64,000 nucleotides of DNA from Elsinoe ampelina (GCA_010093995.1 ML992501.1:1018632-1082631), one strand, 5' to 3'; shown: positions 36,600 through 50,338, counted from the first letter of the stretch. The notes: generated from the sequence alone by a model not told the origin. Translations and numbers: made by a program.

Positions 36600-37473
36600 G
36601 GTGATTGGAGCTTCGTGATCAGTGCCATGACAGACAGACTACCGGGGCCTTCTTGTATGCCACTCCTCCTGAGGCTGGTTCCATCGATCTTTCCGGTCAA
36701 ATTCATTACCAGGACTCAGCTAGAGGACCATAGTACAGATTTGGACGGCATGGCAGATGATGGAATACACGATGATTGAGTCTACTTGACCGGACGTGAT
36801 GGAAACATGCCCTACTATTACCCTACTCGAGTGACAGCTACCATCTGATTTGATATCCGCGAGTGTTGGTCCCCACACAGGTATTAGAGTGGTTCAAGGA
36901 TGAGTCGAGGACCGCTGTTGGCTTTTGGAAGCGTCCAGTGTTGTGTCGTTGTTGGGTCACGTTGAACAAGCTTCACCGGACTGGACGCCGTGATCGTGGT
37001 GTCGAAAAGTGGAGAGGGACTTGACTTCTCTATCGAATAACAATCATCAATCTTACGTTCTTCATCACTTTCTGCATCGTCTGGACTATCCAAGGCTCGC
37101 CGTCATGTCAATGCCGAACTATTCCGCGGTCAGTTGCTCATGGTCTGTCCTGCATCGCCGCGATGGGAGGACGCGCCACGGGACGTCCTGACCTTCTCCT
37201 CAATCATGGGATTCGTAGAAGCGCTGGTAAAGCGAAAGGTGATGATATCTCATTGTGTCACTCACAGGAAGAGGCGAAGCTTACCACATGCTACATGGTA
37301 AAATTCAGGCAAAGTGCGGTGTGGCGGCCGCGCTGAACAGGGGGTGGGCTGCGAGAGGCGCAGCCAAATGATACCCGTTGGCGTTTATACAAGGCCCTCT
37401 CCTTCTTCGAACATTTCGACATCGTTGGGAATGGCCATTCTCACTCTGTGGGGATCGTGACTGTCATCTGACC

Positions 37474-40400
37474 ATGTCGTCCAACGACTTGAAACAATTC
37501 AACGAGGAGCAGCATGGGGAATTCGCAAATAGCCCGGGTCCGCTCTCAGGGGATGCCACATTACTGCTTGGTGTCAGTTCATTCCTAGGATCTGCTCCTG
37601 ACCTAGGCAGCCTTGAAGGTTCTCCGAAGGCCCGTCGACATTCTACATCGGCATCGCCGTCCGATGCTTCAACCGGCAGTGGCCTGCAAGCAGCCAGCAG
37701 CGAGGAAAATCGTCCTTCGCACCCTGGAACGGTTTCTCTTTCCCAATTGGATCCTTCTCTAGGCCAGCAGGTCTCTCTGCCTCCAGCTCCATATAGCAAA
37801 GTCTCGACACCGAGCAGTAGTCAACACCTCTCTTCCGCAGTCCCCGAAGTACCTCCCGTAAGCGATACACCCGATGTTCGAAAGGACCCTGCATACGAAG
37901 CCTATCCCTGGCGCGGGATCTCGAGTCATAGTGCTGCCGTATCAGGTGGCGGTCGATATTCTTCAGTTCCGAGCCATACGCCCTTTCTGGACGATGTCGA
38001 CTGCTGGCCAGATTCTTCTGCTGATTGGAAGAACGACACTTGGGCTGCGATCGGAGATCGTTATGATGTTGATTACTCCTTAGACTCTGTTACACGACGC
38101 AGGTCTGATGGAGGACCTTGGGAATCTGAGGGCCAACAGCGTGTGCGCGGGTCTCGTTCAAGGGGCTATCCCAACAGCGCTCATCCCTCAGCGCGGATAA
38201 CAGCTGTTACAGGAAGCTACAATCCATATGCCAGGAATAACGAATCGAAATGGTCCCCGAGCTATCACAGAGTCTCACCCTATCAGGCGTTTGCTGGAAC
38301 CCATAGCTGGTCAACGTCCCGCTCGATCTCGCCTCGTCCGACCCTTCAAAGTCAATTGTCGAGTCAAGGGGATTCAGAAAATGTCAATGCTGTCAGTACG
38401 GGAAGAAAAGCGCATGCTCGGTTGGGCAACTATGACAAACCTCGTAAGAAGGCAAAGGATAAAGAGCCTCAGGAACGCTTGCGAGATATTGAGCAGTCCC
38501 GTCTCACATCACGCACTACAAAAAAAGCTTTCACCAAGCCAGCTGAATCTGTGACTGAAGTAGAACCTGAGACTGTCAAGCCAGCATATGACTCACTGGG
38601 GCCATTCTCGGATTGGTAAACATATTTACCCACAGAGACACCTTCAAAGCATCCTCTGGCTCATGATCTCAAGGTCGCGAAGATTCAAGGAAGGCTGGGG
38701 GACTGGCTCGAAGGCAAAGTCGAGCCGGAGAGTGCTTCACCTTTGTTCACTGCCGACTCCGTTCTGGCCTTTGCCCGTCTCCTTGCTACCCAGATCCATG
38801 AAGTATTGTCACGGGACTGGTTCTACATTCCTGACGTCCTGGAGTCCCTCCTTACTTTGAAGGTAGACATATTTCGAATAGTCTCAACCGATCTGGTAGT
38901 ACCGGACTTTAGAGAGGCAATTTCGATGTGGGGTTTCCAACGGAGTGCAGCGCCTTCGCTCCAACACTATAGGGGTCCTTCTGACACTGGGGAGGAAATT
39001 CGCCTGCAATGGGCGTTTTGTGTACTTCTACTTGAGTTGGAAGTCTACTCGGCGCGTGGCAAGGACGGCATCCAGCTGTTTCGTCAACACTGGCCAGCTG
39101 AGGCGAAAGACCAGCATCAGATGATAGGCAATAGGGTCCTTGTGTTTCGTAATATCCTGGACAGAGCCAGACGTATCGTCGGGGGGGATGTTGAGATGAA
39201 GCTGCTGGGAATGGTTCAGTGCGTTTGGGACGACTGGACCCTCAAGTCGGGCCTACGACGATATCTCGCAAAATCCGTGAGTTGATCGATGATGAGTATT
39301 CTACTATACTAGGACGCTAACAGTACACTAAGACGGAGCATGAGATGTACTGGGATGGCATTAGGATGTTGACTTTCAAGTTCATCGACGAGCAAGAACC
39401 GCACACATCCGCAGATGTTTGGAAGCAGCGTGCCGAGAATAGAGTTGGGCGAATAGGTTGGTGGCCCTTTACCGAGCCAACAAGGACAAAGTTGCCAACA
39501 ATGGCTCAAGTACGGTGGAAGGTAAGTTGAGCATCAGTCCATGTGATCAATACTCAGATGCTGCAGCGTGATACCAGGATCTTTTCTACGGTCGTGCCCA
39601 GCTCAATTGCAGATTCATATCGTAGTGAGTGTATGTTACTGGCAAACATGCTGAAGACTGCAGAAGTTGTCATTTCCAACTCAACCGATCCACCTCGGGC
39701 TGAGTCAAGCCGACAAGACAGCACAGAAGATGCCGGTGAACGTCCAGCTGTTCCTGAAGCAGTCTTGCTTGACGATTCAGTAAGGTCCGAGGACGCTTCA
39801 TCCGCATCAAGCGCCAACACCACGACACTTGCTGTGACGGATACTCCAGCAGATCATAGCACCTCGTCGAGCGTCCCTTCCTCGCCTGGATACGTCGCCG
39901 GACAGAGTGTTGCTGGTGGCTCAGCAGCAGTGGGCGCTCCGAATACGACTCCCTCAACCTCGCCTTCAAGTCAGGCCTCGGCTGACCCTACCCCGGCCAT
40001 GAATCTTCAGCCAATAGTACCTGTCCGTCGAGGCTTCATCTACTGGTGTGTCGACAGTTCCTGGCGCCAACCAGTGCTCACGAAACGAGCCGACATCGCA
40101 ACCCACGGGCTGAACGATTGCGCGCTCTTTACTCGACTCAACCAGGAATCCAGCGCCATCAAAGGCTACCTCCGCTCCTTCTTCTCCCTCAAAGGCTGCG
40201 TTGATATAGAATTCATCAAGGTAAACTGAGCAGCATTTCCTGAGCATCCCCGGTCCCTTTCCCCTGAATTCTCTGTCTCCCCCTAAAGCCCGCCTAACAG
40301 CCTCCCAGTTCGGCTCTGTGCTCACCCATCCTTCCCAAGTACGCCGCATCCTTGAAGAGCTTCCTTGCCCCTGCAAACCTACCTGCAAGCACGACTATCG

Positions 40401-40767
40401 ATACCAGAAATCCGTCAACGAGGAAATGCACCGGCGCATCGCCGCCACCGAGATCATGGAAGGGATGAAGGACCCTTCCCGCTTCCATAACACCAGCGAC
40501 ACTCTGGCTATTATACCGCAGGACATGGCGCAGACACGCTTCGGGAGGGACGAACCAGCCTGGGGCCTGCATGCGGTGGAGGGGATCATGTTATGGAAGT
40601 TCCTGGTGTTTGTGGGCATCATGACGTTGGCTGGGCTGGTGTTTGTGGCTGTTTGGTTGGCGTGTGTGGATGAGAAGGACTTGCAAGGGGCATTCACTGT
40701 GGCGACTTTTCTGACGACCATGGTGATGATTGCGGTGGCTTCGCCGCAGCTCATGGGGATCGCTTAG
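37474..40767 (+). CDS. Uncharacterised protein with two C-terminal TM helices, paralog B; in-frame TAA at 38617-38619 (possible pseudogene); introns 39277-39332, 39522-39566, 40221-40308
   Basis: Shares LAFARLLATQI, LQWA...LLLELEVY, WWP, RRGFIYWCV, DIATHGL, LPCPCKPTCKHDY, IPQDMAQTRFGR, WG...E and TM-TM with paralog A. Confidence 0.7.
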
Positions 40768-41656
40768 TGCGAAGGCGAAGAGGTCTGATGTCAGGGGTTG
40801 GAGTTGACGGGATTGCCAATTATGACTGATGATGATTTAGGTTGTTGATATCTTGCTAAAATTTGTCGTCAGTCTCAATTACGCTTCATACTTAGCCTCG
40901 CCTGCCTTTTTCGTGCCATGATCAATCTCCGTGATACCAGTAACCTCCTGTGAACCCGCGTCTATACACACCATGTTTTGACGTGCGGTCGAGAGAGACC
41001 TGCAGCCATGCAAACCCACCTGCGACCACCGTCGGCTGTATCAATGTCACCATTGGGACTATAACATTTTTCTCTGAACTTGATTGTTTCGTCGAATCCC
41101 GATCAAGCCTATTATAATTCGTGTTGTGATTACCAAAGCTGATTCCAGTAAATAGTCGTCCGCGAACAGATGCAGTTACCAAAATAATCACATCACACCA
41201 ATACGACGGGACGAAACCCATCATCATCTCTCCACCAAAAACCCCAGCACAGACAAGATGCGAGATAGGCTGCCGCTTACCAGCCCGTTCCCCATTGCCT
41301 GTTCCACGCAACAGGGTGGCTGAGCTCAGCACCCACGAACGCAACGGGGCCCGGTCGCACTCGCGACACAAAGGGCAGGGGGTGAGAAAAATGCTGACAC
41401 ACTCGCATCTGCAGCCGAATCAGGCATAGCAGATCCGAAGAGGCCAGTGGGAGCCGATGACTGAGCATCAGGATCTCTGCACGATAGCGAGCGTTTGACG
41501 AGGTAGGTCACCGCTGTGACAGGTCGTGGGTGTGAGGATGATACAAAAGGAAGCTGCGAAGCACACCTCAGGTGGCGGTACTGTCCAGCTCTTCCATTGA
41601 ACACATCTCCTCTCGTACCCCTCTATTGAATCTTCGACCAGAGGATCACAGTCATC

Positions 41657-42732
41657 ATGTCCGATAGTCCCCTCATCATGGGCCTCAACGGCACCCTCGT
41701 CGACGTGAGGTCGTGCAACCCCGATATCTGCCCCATGGAGTATGCCCAGCTGGACTACATCCCGAGCAAGTCGGTCAATGCGGCGTATCTGGCCATCTTT
41801 GCCATTTTTCTGGTGGTCCATCTGGGTCAAGGTATCTACTACCGGACTTGGGGGTTCATGTCCGGGATGGTCATTGGGTTGCTGCTGGAGTGTATTGGAT
41901 ATGGTGCGCGACTGGGGCTGAACGCGAATGTGTTTAGCTTTGACTTTTTTGTCATGTGGGTTTGCTTGTCCCAGGAGGGTGGTGTGGTGCTGATGCGGAT
42001 AGGTACTTGGTGTGTCTCACCATTGCGCCGGCGTTCATCTCGGCGTCTATCTACCTTTGCTTGTCACGTATTGTGGTCGTGGTGGGAGAGGACATCGCGC
42101 CGTTCAAACCGAGGACGTACACGCTTACGTTCATGGTTTGCGACTTTGTCAGCTTGTTGTTGCAGGCGGTGGGAGGTGCTATTGCGGCTAGCTCGGATGA
42201 TCCGAACAATGGCGGGGTGGATATCATGGTTGCTGGTCTGGCGTTTCAGGTCGTCAGTCTCGCTTTGTATATGGGCGTGGCCGCGGACTTTTTAAGGAGA
42301 GGCAGGAAGGCGCATGAGTCGCAGTTCAACCCTCGCTTCAATCATGTAAGGACGGATGCGCTGTTCAGGTGGATGGCCATTGGTAAGCATCACAAGTCAA
42401 GGCCTATTGAGTCAAAGCTAACAGTGACAGGTCTTGCCGTCGCTACCATCCTCATCTTCATCCGTTGCGTATACCGTGTCGCCGAACTCAGCAAGGGTTT
42501 CAACAGTGAGCTGGCTAATGATGAAGTCGCTTTCGACATCCTCGAAGGTCCAATGATCTGGCTGGCGGTGTTTGCTCTGACGCTTATTCACCCTGGATCG
42601 TGCTTTCGTGGAGCATTCAGGGAAGCGGACTGGACATGGCGGGCGAACAAAAAAGATATGGGGAGCAGCACATTCTATCCGAAAGGCGCGAGTGAGGAGA
42701 ATAGTATCGAGATGGGAGGAATTCGTCCGTAA
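41657..42732 (+). CDS. Second RTA1/Rsb1-like 7-TM protein; introns 41956-42002 and 42383-42430
   Basis: YIPS, LLECIGYGAR, CLTIAPAFISASIYLCLSRIV, CDFVSLLLQAVGG, RCVYRVAELSKGF. Confidence 0.9.
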
Positions 42733-44160
42733 GCCTGGTCGACGGCGATGGCATGATGCTGGATTATACTGCTATTGCAGTGTCAACCGCAGTCGGGGTA
42801 ACACGGACGGCGCTTTTGATAATTTGGGAACAGACGAGATTCTGGCGGGACGGCTATAGCCTTTGTAGTATATTTAGAGAGGTACACAAGGGAGATGAGA
42901 CCGAAATCAGATGGATATGACCCACAGTCTCTGATCAAACCGAGGGATGAGATTGCAACGACTTGACTCCTCAATGTAGTATCGTCTGTCCTCGCCTATT
43001 GCTCCGGTCGCATCCGCCGAGACTCTGAGCAGAGGCAGAGGTCCATGCATCCATCTCATTTTGTTCTGGAAGGTTGGAATACAGCCGAGCAGAAAGACAC
43101 GGGACATTCGTGAAGCTTACCAGGCTTGTCCTGCATGTCTACCGTGTGACTTTCCAACAGCTGCACCAAGGCGCTGAGAGGCGAGAGCAATCTGCGGTAT
43201 ACTGACAGAAACAGGCATGGCGAGTGGTACCAAGCACACGCACAGCTGGATCAGTCTTGGTCGGCAAACCCAAGGCTTCTGGAAGAAGTCAATTCAGCGC
43301 TTCCAGACGGAGCAATTACATCGGTGTCAAGCAGGGGTTGTCGTCCGCCCGAACTACTTCAAGCGGCTGGGGTTTGAGATGAATAGAAGCACACATGGTA
43401 TGCAAAGTCTTTGGTCACCTCTCTCCCTCTGCTAGAGAAAACTTTGGATAAGCAGGAAATCAGGCCTGAAAATACCAAGATCACCACGCCGCACCGCTCC
43501 GCGGGCAGAATTGGTCACCTCCTTCCAGCGAAAGTGTTTGTGGCTGACGTGCCCAATCTCCCACTCACAAAAACCAAGCTTCCTTTATCAACCACCTCCA
43601 CCACTCACCTTCTTCCCTACACCCACCAAGACCCATCGACGACCGTCCACAGCCCATCAGAAAGCAAATTCTCGTTGGATCAACGGCACGGCCGCACCAA
43701 CACACGATGGATTCGCCCGTATCAAAGCGAGCGGAACACTTGGTTGTCCTCTTGGCCGCACCTTGGCAGAGGGTCCGCCGACACCTTGATCGACCCGTCT
43801 CTCACGCAAATTGCTCCTGCCCTCCGCCGCGGCGCGTCATCTGCCAGCCGCGTGCCATGCACTTGGAAGGGTTGGCATTACCTCGTAGACGACACTGCTT
43901 TTCGATTCGCGCACCCTTTCGAGCAGGAGACAAGGCCGGGCCAACCCCTGCTGCTTTCTTGACCTGAGGGTTGGCTCGCGTGCCACCAGATAGCGCCCGC
44001 CTGGGTGGTACTCCGGTGAAAGCGATAGACGAGGCGAAGGGAGCAGGGTAGATGAGAGGTTAAATTATGGTAGATCCCCGCCGACCGTGTAAGGTAGGTT
44101 GTCGCGGACAGTTTTTTTTTCCCTACTTCACCTTTCCTACCTGACTGGTTATTGTCGACC

Positions 44161-45957
44161 ATGAACTACGACAAGGAGGCCAAGGTTGGCTCTCAGAGCC
44201 CGTCCGAGGACGGCGCCATCGTCACCAGCAATGATCGCGGTTATGTTAGGCCCAAGTTGATGACCCGTCTGGGTCTCAATGCGGAGTCCTTCAAGCGTAG
44301 GACACTGAACGATGAACACAACCAGCTCAACCAGACGCTCAAGACTCGTCATTTGCACATGATCGCCATTGGTGGTTCCATCGGTGCTGGTCTCTTTGTC
44401 GGCTCCGGCAATTCCTTGAGGACTGGTGGTCCCGCTGCCGTCGTCATCGGTTTTGCTATCATGGGCATTGTCAGTAATCACGAGAAGAGAGCCATGTCAG
44501 AAACCATCTAACAGAATCCCAAGATGATCTTCAACGTCGTCTACGCTCTCGGTGAGCTCGCCATGATGTATCCTGTCTCCGGTGGTTTCTACACCTACTC
44601 CGTCCGCTTCATCGATCCTTCCTGGGGGTTCGCCATGGGTTGGAACTATTGCTTTCAATGGGCCATCATCTTACCTCTCGAACTCGTCGTCGCTGGTCTC
44701 ACGGTCAACTACTGGGGTGCAGACGTCAATGTTGGGATCTGGATCACCATCTTCCTTTTAATCGTAATCGCCATCAATGCTTTTGGTGTACTCGGGTACG
44801 CGGAAGAAGAGTTCTGGGTCTCTTTGATCAAACTAAGCACCATTGTCATCTTCATGCTCATGGCCCTGGTCTTCACCCTTGGTGGAGGTCCTAGCAACGG
44901 CCAGTACAGCGAATACTGGGGTGCTCGTCTTTGGTACGATCCTGGTGCCTTTGCCGACGGCTTCGATGGTGTCTGCGGCGTGTTCGTCAATGCTGCCTTT
45001 GCCTACTCCGGTTCCGAACTGGTCGGTCTGGCTGCTGCTGAGAGCGAGAACCCTCAAAAGTCTCTTCCAGGTGCTATCAAGCAGGTCTTCTGGCGAATCA
45101 CCCTTTTCTACGTTCTAGGTCTTTTCTTCGTTGGTCTTCTTGTCCGCTACGACGACGAGAGACTGCTCGGATCTGGATCCTTCATCGATGTCTCTGCCTC
45201 GCCATTCGTCATTGCCGCCAACAACGCTGGTGTCCCACGCTTCGGTGATTTTATCAACGTTGTCATCCTTCTGTCCGTCGTCTCAATTGGTCTGTCTGGT
45301 GTTTACGGAGCTTCCCGTACCTTGACTGCGCTTGCCGAGCAGGGTTACGCTCCCAAGGTCTTCACCTATGTCGATCGCGCCGGGCGTCCTCTCTGGTCTA
45401 CCGTCGTCATTCTCGCATGCGGTTGCCTTGCTTACATCACACTTGCCTCAACTGGTGTTGTCGTCTTCAATTGGCTGGTTTCGCTTTCCGGTCTCGCAGC
45501 CCTTTTCACCTGGGGCTCCATCTGCCTGGCCCACATCCGATTTCGACAGGCCTGGGCCGCTCAGGGTCACACCGTAGATGAGCTGCCCTTCAAGGCGCTC
45601 TTCGGCGTATGGGGCTCCTGGTTCGGTCTCGGTCTCATCATTCTTGTCCTCATCGCCCAGGTAAGCTTCAAACCTATCCCATCCACACAAGCACCGAGAT
45701 ACTAAATACCTCTCCAGTTCTACGTCGCAGTCAAGCCCCTGGACGCTGAAGTCTTCTTCCAATCTTACCTCGCCTTGTTCGTCGTCCTCCTGTTTTATCT
45801 CATCGGTTGGTTGTGGAAGCGCCAGGCCTGGAAGAGCATTCACGAGTTGGACGTCGACTCTGGTCGCCGCGAGTTTGATTGGGAGCTCATCCACAAGCAG
45901 CGTGCGGAGATTGCAGCTTGGCCTGCGTGGAGAAGGTTCATGCACAAGATCTGGTAG
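44161..45957 (+). CDS. Amino-acid permease (YAT/APC family, Gap1-like); introns 44470-44523 and 45661-45717
   Basis: LKTRHLHMIAIGGSIGAGLFVGSG, ALGELA, SWGFAMGWNY, AFAYSGSELVG, QVFWRI. Confidence 0.94.
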
Positions 45958-46365
45958 AAAGGGGATGATAGGATAGCAGTCGTGTATAGCTGTTGGTGAA
46001 GATGTAATTTGTGGATTATACTTTTGTTTGCTTCCAACACTGTGACTTTGTTCACGAGAGTTCTGCGTTTTGTGGTGGCGGCCCTTCGACATGGCTGAGA
46101 TGACCCTGGTCCCGACACCACATCGAGCTGGCCGTCGATCTTTGCAAGACCGCAGCACGACACCTCACGATTATCATCGTTGGAGGTAAGTATAAAGGCA
46201 AGTCGAACATCCCTCAAGCACCATCGAACCATTACAATCCCAAACAAACCATTCCAAGCATCATTCACAGAAACATCCAAGCACTTCCCTCATCCCCACC
46301 CTGCAAACCCACCTTACACCCCCCGACCTTCTCGATGCCCACAAATCCATCCGGAAACCCCCACC

Positions 46366-46934
46366 ATGTCCACCACCACCACTACCGATCCCCTCCCGGC
46401 TCCCCCCTCGTCGGAACCGTCACCGAACCCCTTTCCCCCCTCCACCCCACCTCCGTCCACATCAAAACCCACTGCGCCCCCCTCAACCACCGCGACGCCA
46501 ACATCGCGCACCGCTCCCAACCCTTTGCCCGTCATCCCCGACGTGATCCTCTGCAACGACGCCGCGGGATCGGTGGTCGCTGTCGGAGGGAGGGTCAGTC
46601 TTCAGAAAGTCGGGGGGGATCGTGAATGTAGTCGGGTCATTTGAGCAAGACGGATCCCGGGCTCATGAATGAGGTTCTGTCTGTCTGCATTGACGGGAGG
46701 GTCGATGTTCGGTGGGTATGTCCCGCTCTTTTCATTTGGTCGTTGCTGGCTGGTACTATGGCGGTGTCAATGCTGGGTCGAAGCAGGACCAGGATGATCT
46801 GTGTGCTGCCTTGTCAGCTACAGGTGTTCGTCTTGACGACATTATCGACTCTGTGAGGCCCTTTGAAGAGGTCGAGGATGCCTTGGAATATCTGGCAGGG
46901 TAACCAAGTTGGGAAAGTGGTCCTGCAGCTGTAA
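46366..46934 (+). pseudogene. Remnant of a Zn-type alcohol dehydrogenase/quinone reductase (MDR) gene
   Basis: Fragments in shifting frames: VHIKTHCAPLNHRDANIA, PVIPDVILCNDAAGSVVAVG, IIDSVRPFEEVEDALEYL, QVGKVVLQL*; central part deleted. Confidence 0.75.
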
Positions 46935-47216
46935 TTGAGAACAGTCTTTGCAAAGTGTTCGAAGAGTATGAGTATGCTCAGAATGTATTCTCATTTCGCT
47001 TACAAACGAGACTGCGCGGTTGTCAAAGTGGTCAGTACTTGATCGAAGAGCGTCCCGACATTGCAAGAGGGTCAAAATCGCTCCCAAGCTCGTCGCACGG
47101 CGGGGACGAGACGTTGATAGGCAACTCATACAACTCGATCAATGCCGAGCGGTGACAGAGGACCTGAGAAAGTGACTCAAGAACAACGGGTCGTTACATT
47201 GCAATCATCAGTCTGC

Positions 47217-48299
47217 CTAGATACCTAGGAGCGCTCCTCTGACATCCAGGCCAGCCAGCTGTACCTTCCAGAAACGCGTCTCATTACAGAGATACATTGC
47301 CCCTTTCTCACCAAAGCAGAAGTTGGCGACTCCGCCTGGAACCTGGATGACTCCAATCAAGACACCTTGCTTGTTCCAGACCTCGACACCATCCATGCAT
47401 CCGGCGTAGACATTTCCTCTCGTATCACACTTGATGCCGTCTGGGAGCCGACCCGGCGCGTGAGCGAACAATCGGCGATTGGCGAGGAAGATTCCCTGAT
47501 CTCGCTCAATGATGTCGAACGCGTGAATGTGCGATGGGCCGGCTGGGTTCAGAGGCACTGCCGACGAGCCATGAATGGCGCCAGTGTCGGTAACGTAGAG
47601 AGTCTTGAGGTCAGGGGAGAAGCAAAGGCCGTTTGGTCGTGTGAAACCATCGGCAATAGCGCGTATTGAGCCAGTCGCAGGGTCGAAGCGGTAGACCTGA
47701 TCCGGTAGTTGGGGTACTGGTCGAATGCCTTGGTGGAAGCCGTAGCAAGGATCTGTGAACCATACTGATCCATCGACGGGGTGGACGATCACGTCGTTGA
47801 CGGAGTTGAAGGCGTTGCCATGGTAGGATGTGACCAGAGGCTTGACGTCGAGATCAGCTGGCTTGTCTTGGGTAGCATCTTTGGCCGACAAGATGATCAA
47901 GCCCGAATGGTCTTCATCGACTGTAGAGCCTTGTGCGCAGACCAATAGGGTATCTCCAGTAAAATTGACGCCGCCATTGAGCATGGATCTGGCGAGAGAG
48001 GGAGGCGTTACGTCATCTACTCTCGCCTTGCCAGAAGACGGTCCATCGGGAATACCATCGTGGATCTGGGATAGCCGGATATATTTACCAGTCGGATGGA
48101 TGGAGCTATCTTGCGATGAGAGCTGATTACTTGTCACAAAGACACTTTGAGTCGGAGCATGATAGACGCAAGCCTCGTGGAACAGTGGCTCACGTGTCGT
48201 GGTGTCGGTTTCTGCCAGAAGCTTTGAGGTCGGGCTGTCGCCGATGATGGAGGCAAATTCCGGGTGGTGAGCGACAAAGGTAACCTCGGCCATTGTCAT
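47217..48299 (-). CDS. SMP-30/gluconolactonase family protein
   Basis: FHEACVY, FNSVNDV, VWFTDP, RPNGLCFSPD..LYVTDT, PDGIKCD..GNVYAGC. Confidence 0.9.
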   Translation of the reverse strand: MTMAEVTFVAHHPEFASIIGDSPTSKLLAETDTTTREPLFHEACVYHAPTQSVFVTSNQLSSQDSSIHPTGKYIRLSQIHDGIPDGPSSGKARVDDVTPPSLARSMLNGGVNFTGDTLLVCAQGSTVDEDHSGLIILSAKDATQDKPADLDVKPLVTSYHGNAFNSVNDVIVHPVDGSVWFTDPCYGFHQGIRPVPQLPDQVYRFDPATGSIRAIADGFTRPNGLCFSPDLKTLYVTDTGAIHGSSAVPLNPAGPSHIHAFDIIERDQGIFLANRRLFAHAPGRLPDGIKCDTRGNVYAGCMDGVEVWNKQGVLIGVIQVPGGVANFCFGEKGAMYLCNETRFWKVQLAGLDVRGALLGI

Positions 48300-48704
48300 G
48301 TGGTTGATTTGCTTGATTTTTGGCGGCAAGAGACCCGCATCTCAGACGTCGTTATAAATCTTCACACATCGCGATACCATCGAAGACGGCTGAAATCCAT
48401 CAAAAGCCGACGATGGAGGTCGTCGTGTCGGCTCAACCGTCGGTGATTGACCGTTGAACCAAATTAAGATTGGCACCATCGTTTGCGGCCTTTGGTGTGC
48501 GCATCGGAGCCCTGAGTCCTCCTCGCAAGATTCTGGGACAATGACCCAGATCGACACTGCATACATGATGCGGAGGCCCGGACATCTCCATCTTCTCCAG
48601 TCGTTCATCTCCTATCTCGATTGATAGAAGAAGGACACATAAGGCCTCTCCATTTTCCATCCATCATCCCACTGCCTCTTTTATCTTCGAGACCATTCAC
48701 AAAC

Positions 48705-50338
48705 ATGGGTCACCTCCGAGGAAACACACTGCTTGGCGCAGTAACAGCTCTCACCGCGCTTGGATTCTTTCAGATTGGGTGAGCTCATCTTCGCCGCCCC
48801 CTGTCATCAACACTGACTAGTACAGCTTCGACAATGGACTCATGGGTGGTATTATCAACCAAGCACCCTTCCAGAACACCTTCAACAGCCCTGATCCTGT
48901 GATGATTGGACTCATCGTCTCCATTCTCGAAATCGGTGCTTTCTTTGGATCCATCTTCACCTCGCTCGTTGGCGAGCGACTCGGACGACGCAAGAGTATT
49001 GCACTCGGTATTGTCATCATGGCTATCGGTTCCATTTTACAAGCCACCGCCTTCAGTCGTGCCCACTTGATCGTCGCAAGAATCGTTGCCGGCGTTGGTC
49101 TCGGTATCAACAATTCAACGGTCCCGGTCTACCAAGCAGAGTACTCGCCCAAGGCATCAAGGGGTCTATGTATGATCTTCTCCTACGAATTGCTTGATCA
49201 AATACTAACGGCCCTCAGACGTCTGCATGCAGTTGACCACTCTCAACTTTGGCATCTTCCTCATCTACTGGATCAACTACGGATTCTCGTTCGTCGCTGG
49301 CAACTATGTCTGGAGAATTCCCGTCATTATGCAGCTCATCTTCCTTGCTCCCATGTTGGTCCTTGTCTGGTTGACTGACGAGACTCCTCGCTGGCTTGTT
49401 GCCCACGACCGACATGAAGAAGCCAACGAAGTCCTCAGCCGTTTGCGGGGACACAACACCAATGATGCCGACGTGCGTGCTCTCATCGAGGACATCATCA
49501 GGACTGTCAATGTCGAGAAGGCTATTGGTGCTGGCAGTTGGAAAGATCTCCTTCGCAACGACGCCATTCAAAGCCAGCGCCGACTCCTTATTGCTTGCGG
49601 TATCCAAGCATTCCAACAACTCGGTGGAATTAATGCAATCATTTATTATTCCGGAACCCTCTTTGAAAAGTCGATCGGCTTCGATACACGCACCTCCAGT
49701 CTCATGGCCGGCGCTTTGCAGACTTGGTTCTTCGTTGCTTCGTTCATCCCGTGGTTCCTGATCGATCGCATCGGAAGACGACCGCTTTTCCTCTCTATGA
49801 TCTCTCTCATGGCCGCAGTCATGGCCGTTCAAGCCGCTCTCATCTACCAAGTCCAGAACGAAACCGCCATTGCTTCCGCCGCTGGCATCGGAGCTGCAGC
49901 CATGTTGTTCATCTTCCAAGGCGCCTTCACCATTGGTTTCCAGGCCACCGTCTGGGTGTACCCGACTGAGATCCTGCCTCTCCGTCTGCGCCAGATGGGC
50001 TCTTCTATCAGTACCGCCACCAACTGGATCATGAACTACATGATTGTGCAGATTACTCCTCCCGCCATTGCCAACATCGGTTGGAGGACATACATCATTT
50101 TCGCAGTCCTCAACGCCACCTGGGTGCCAATTATTTACTTCTTCTTTCCAGAGACCAAGCGTAAGTCGTATCTACTGATAATTGTTCGAGGAAGAGACTA
50201 ATCTTATATGCAGGCATGGAACTGGAAGATGTCGACCGTCTCTTCGCCAAGTCAGGATCTAGCGAGGCTCACGACCTGTACGCGGCAAAGGATGATATCG
50301 AGGAGGTGGAGAATGTGCCTGGTAAGAGTGTCGCATAA
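48705..50338 (+). CDS. MFS sugar porter (Stl1-like); introns about 48779-48825, 49169-49218 and 50162-50213
   Basis: GFDNGLMGG, ERLGRR, PVYQAEYS, ETPRWL, QQLGGINAIIYY, DRIGRR, WVYPTEILP, FPETK. Confidence 0.93.

Noticed and set aside
38617..38619. Functional link between the in-frame stop in paralog B and nearby SUP35 (prion-controlled readthrough)
   Set aside because: eRF3 acts in trans, so linkage at about 29 kb is irrelevant; TAA-A is not a leaky context.
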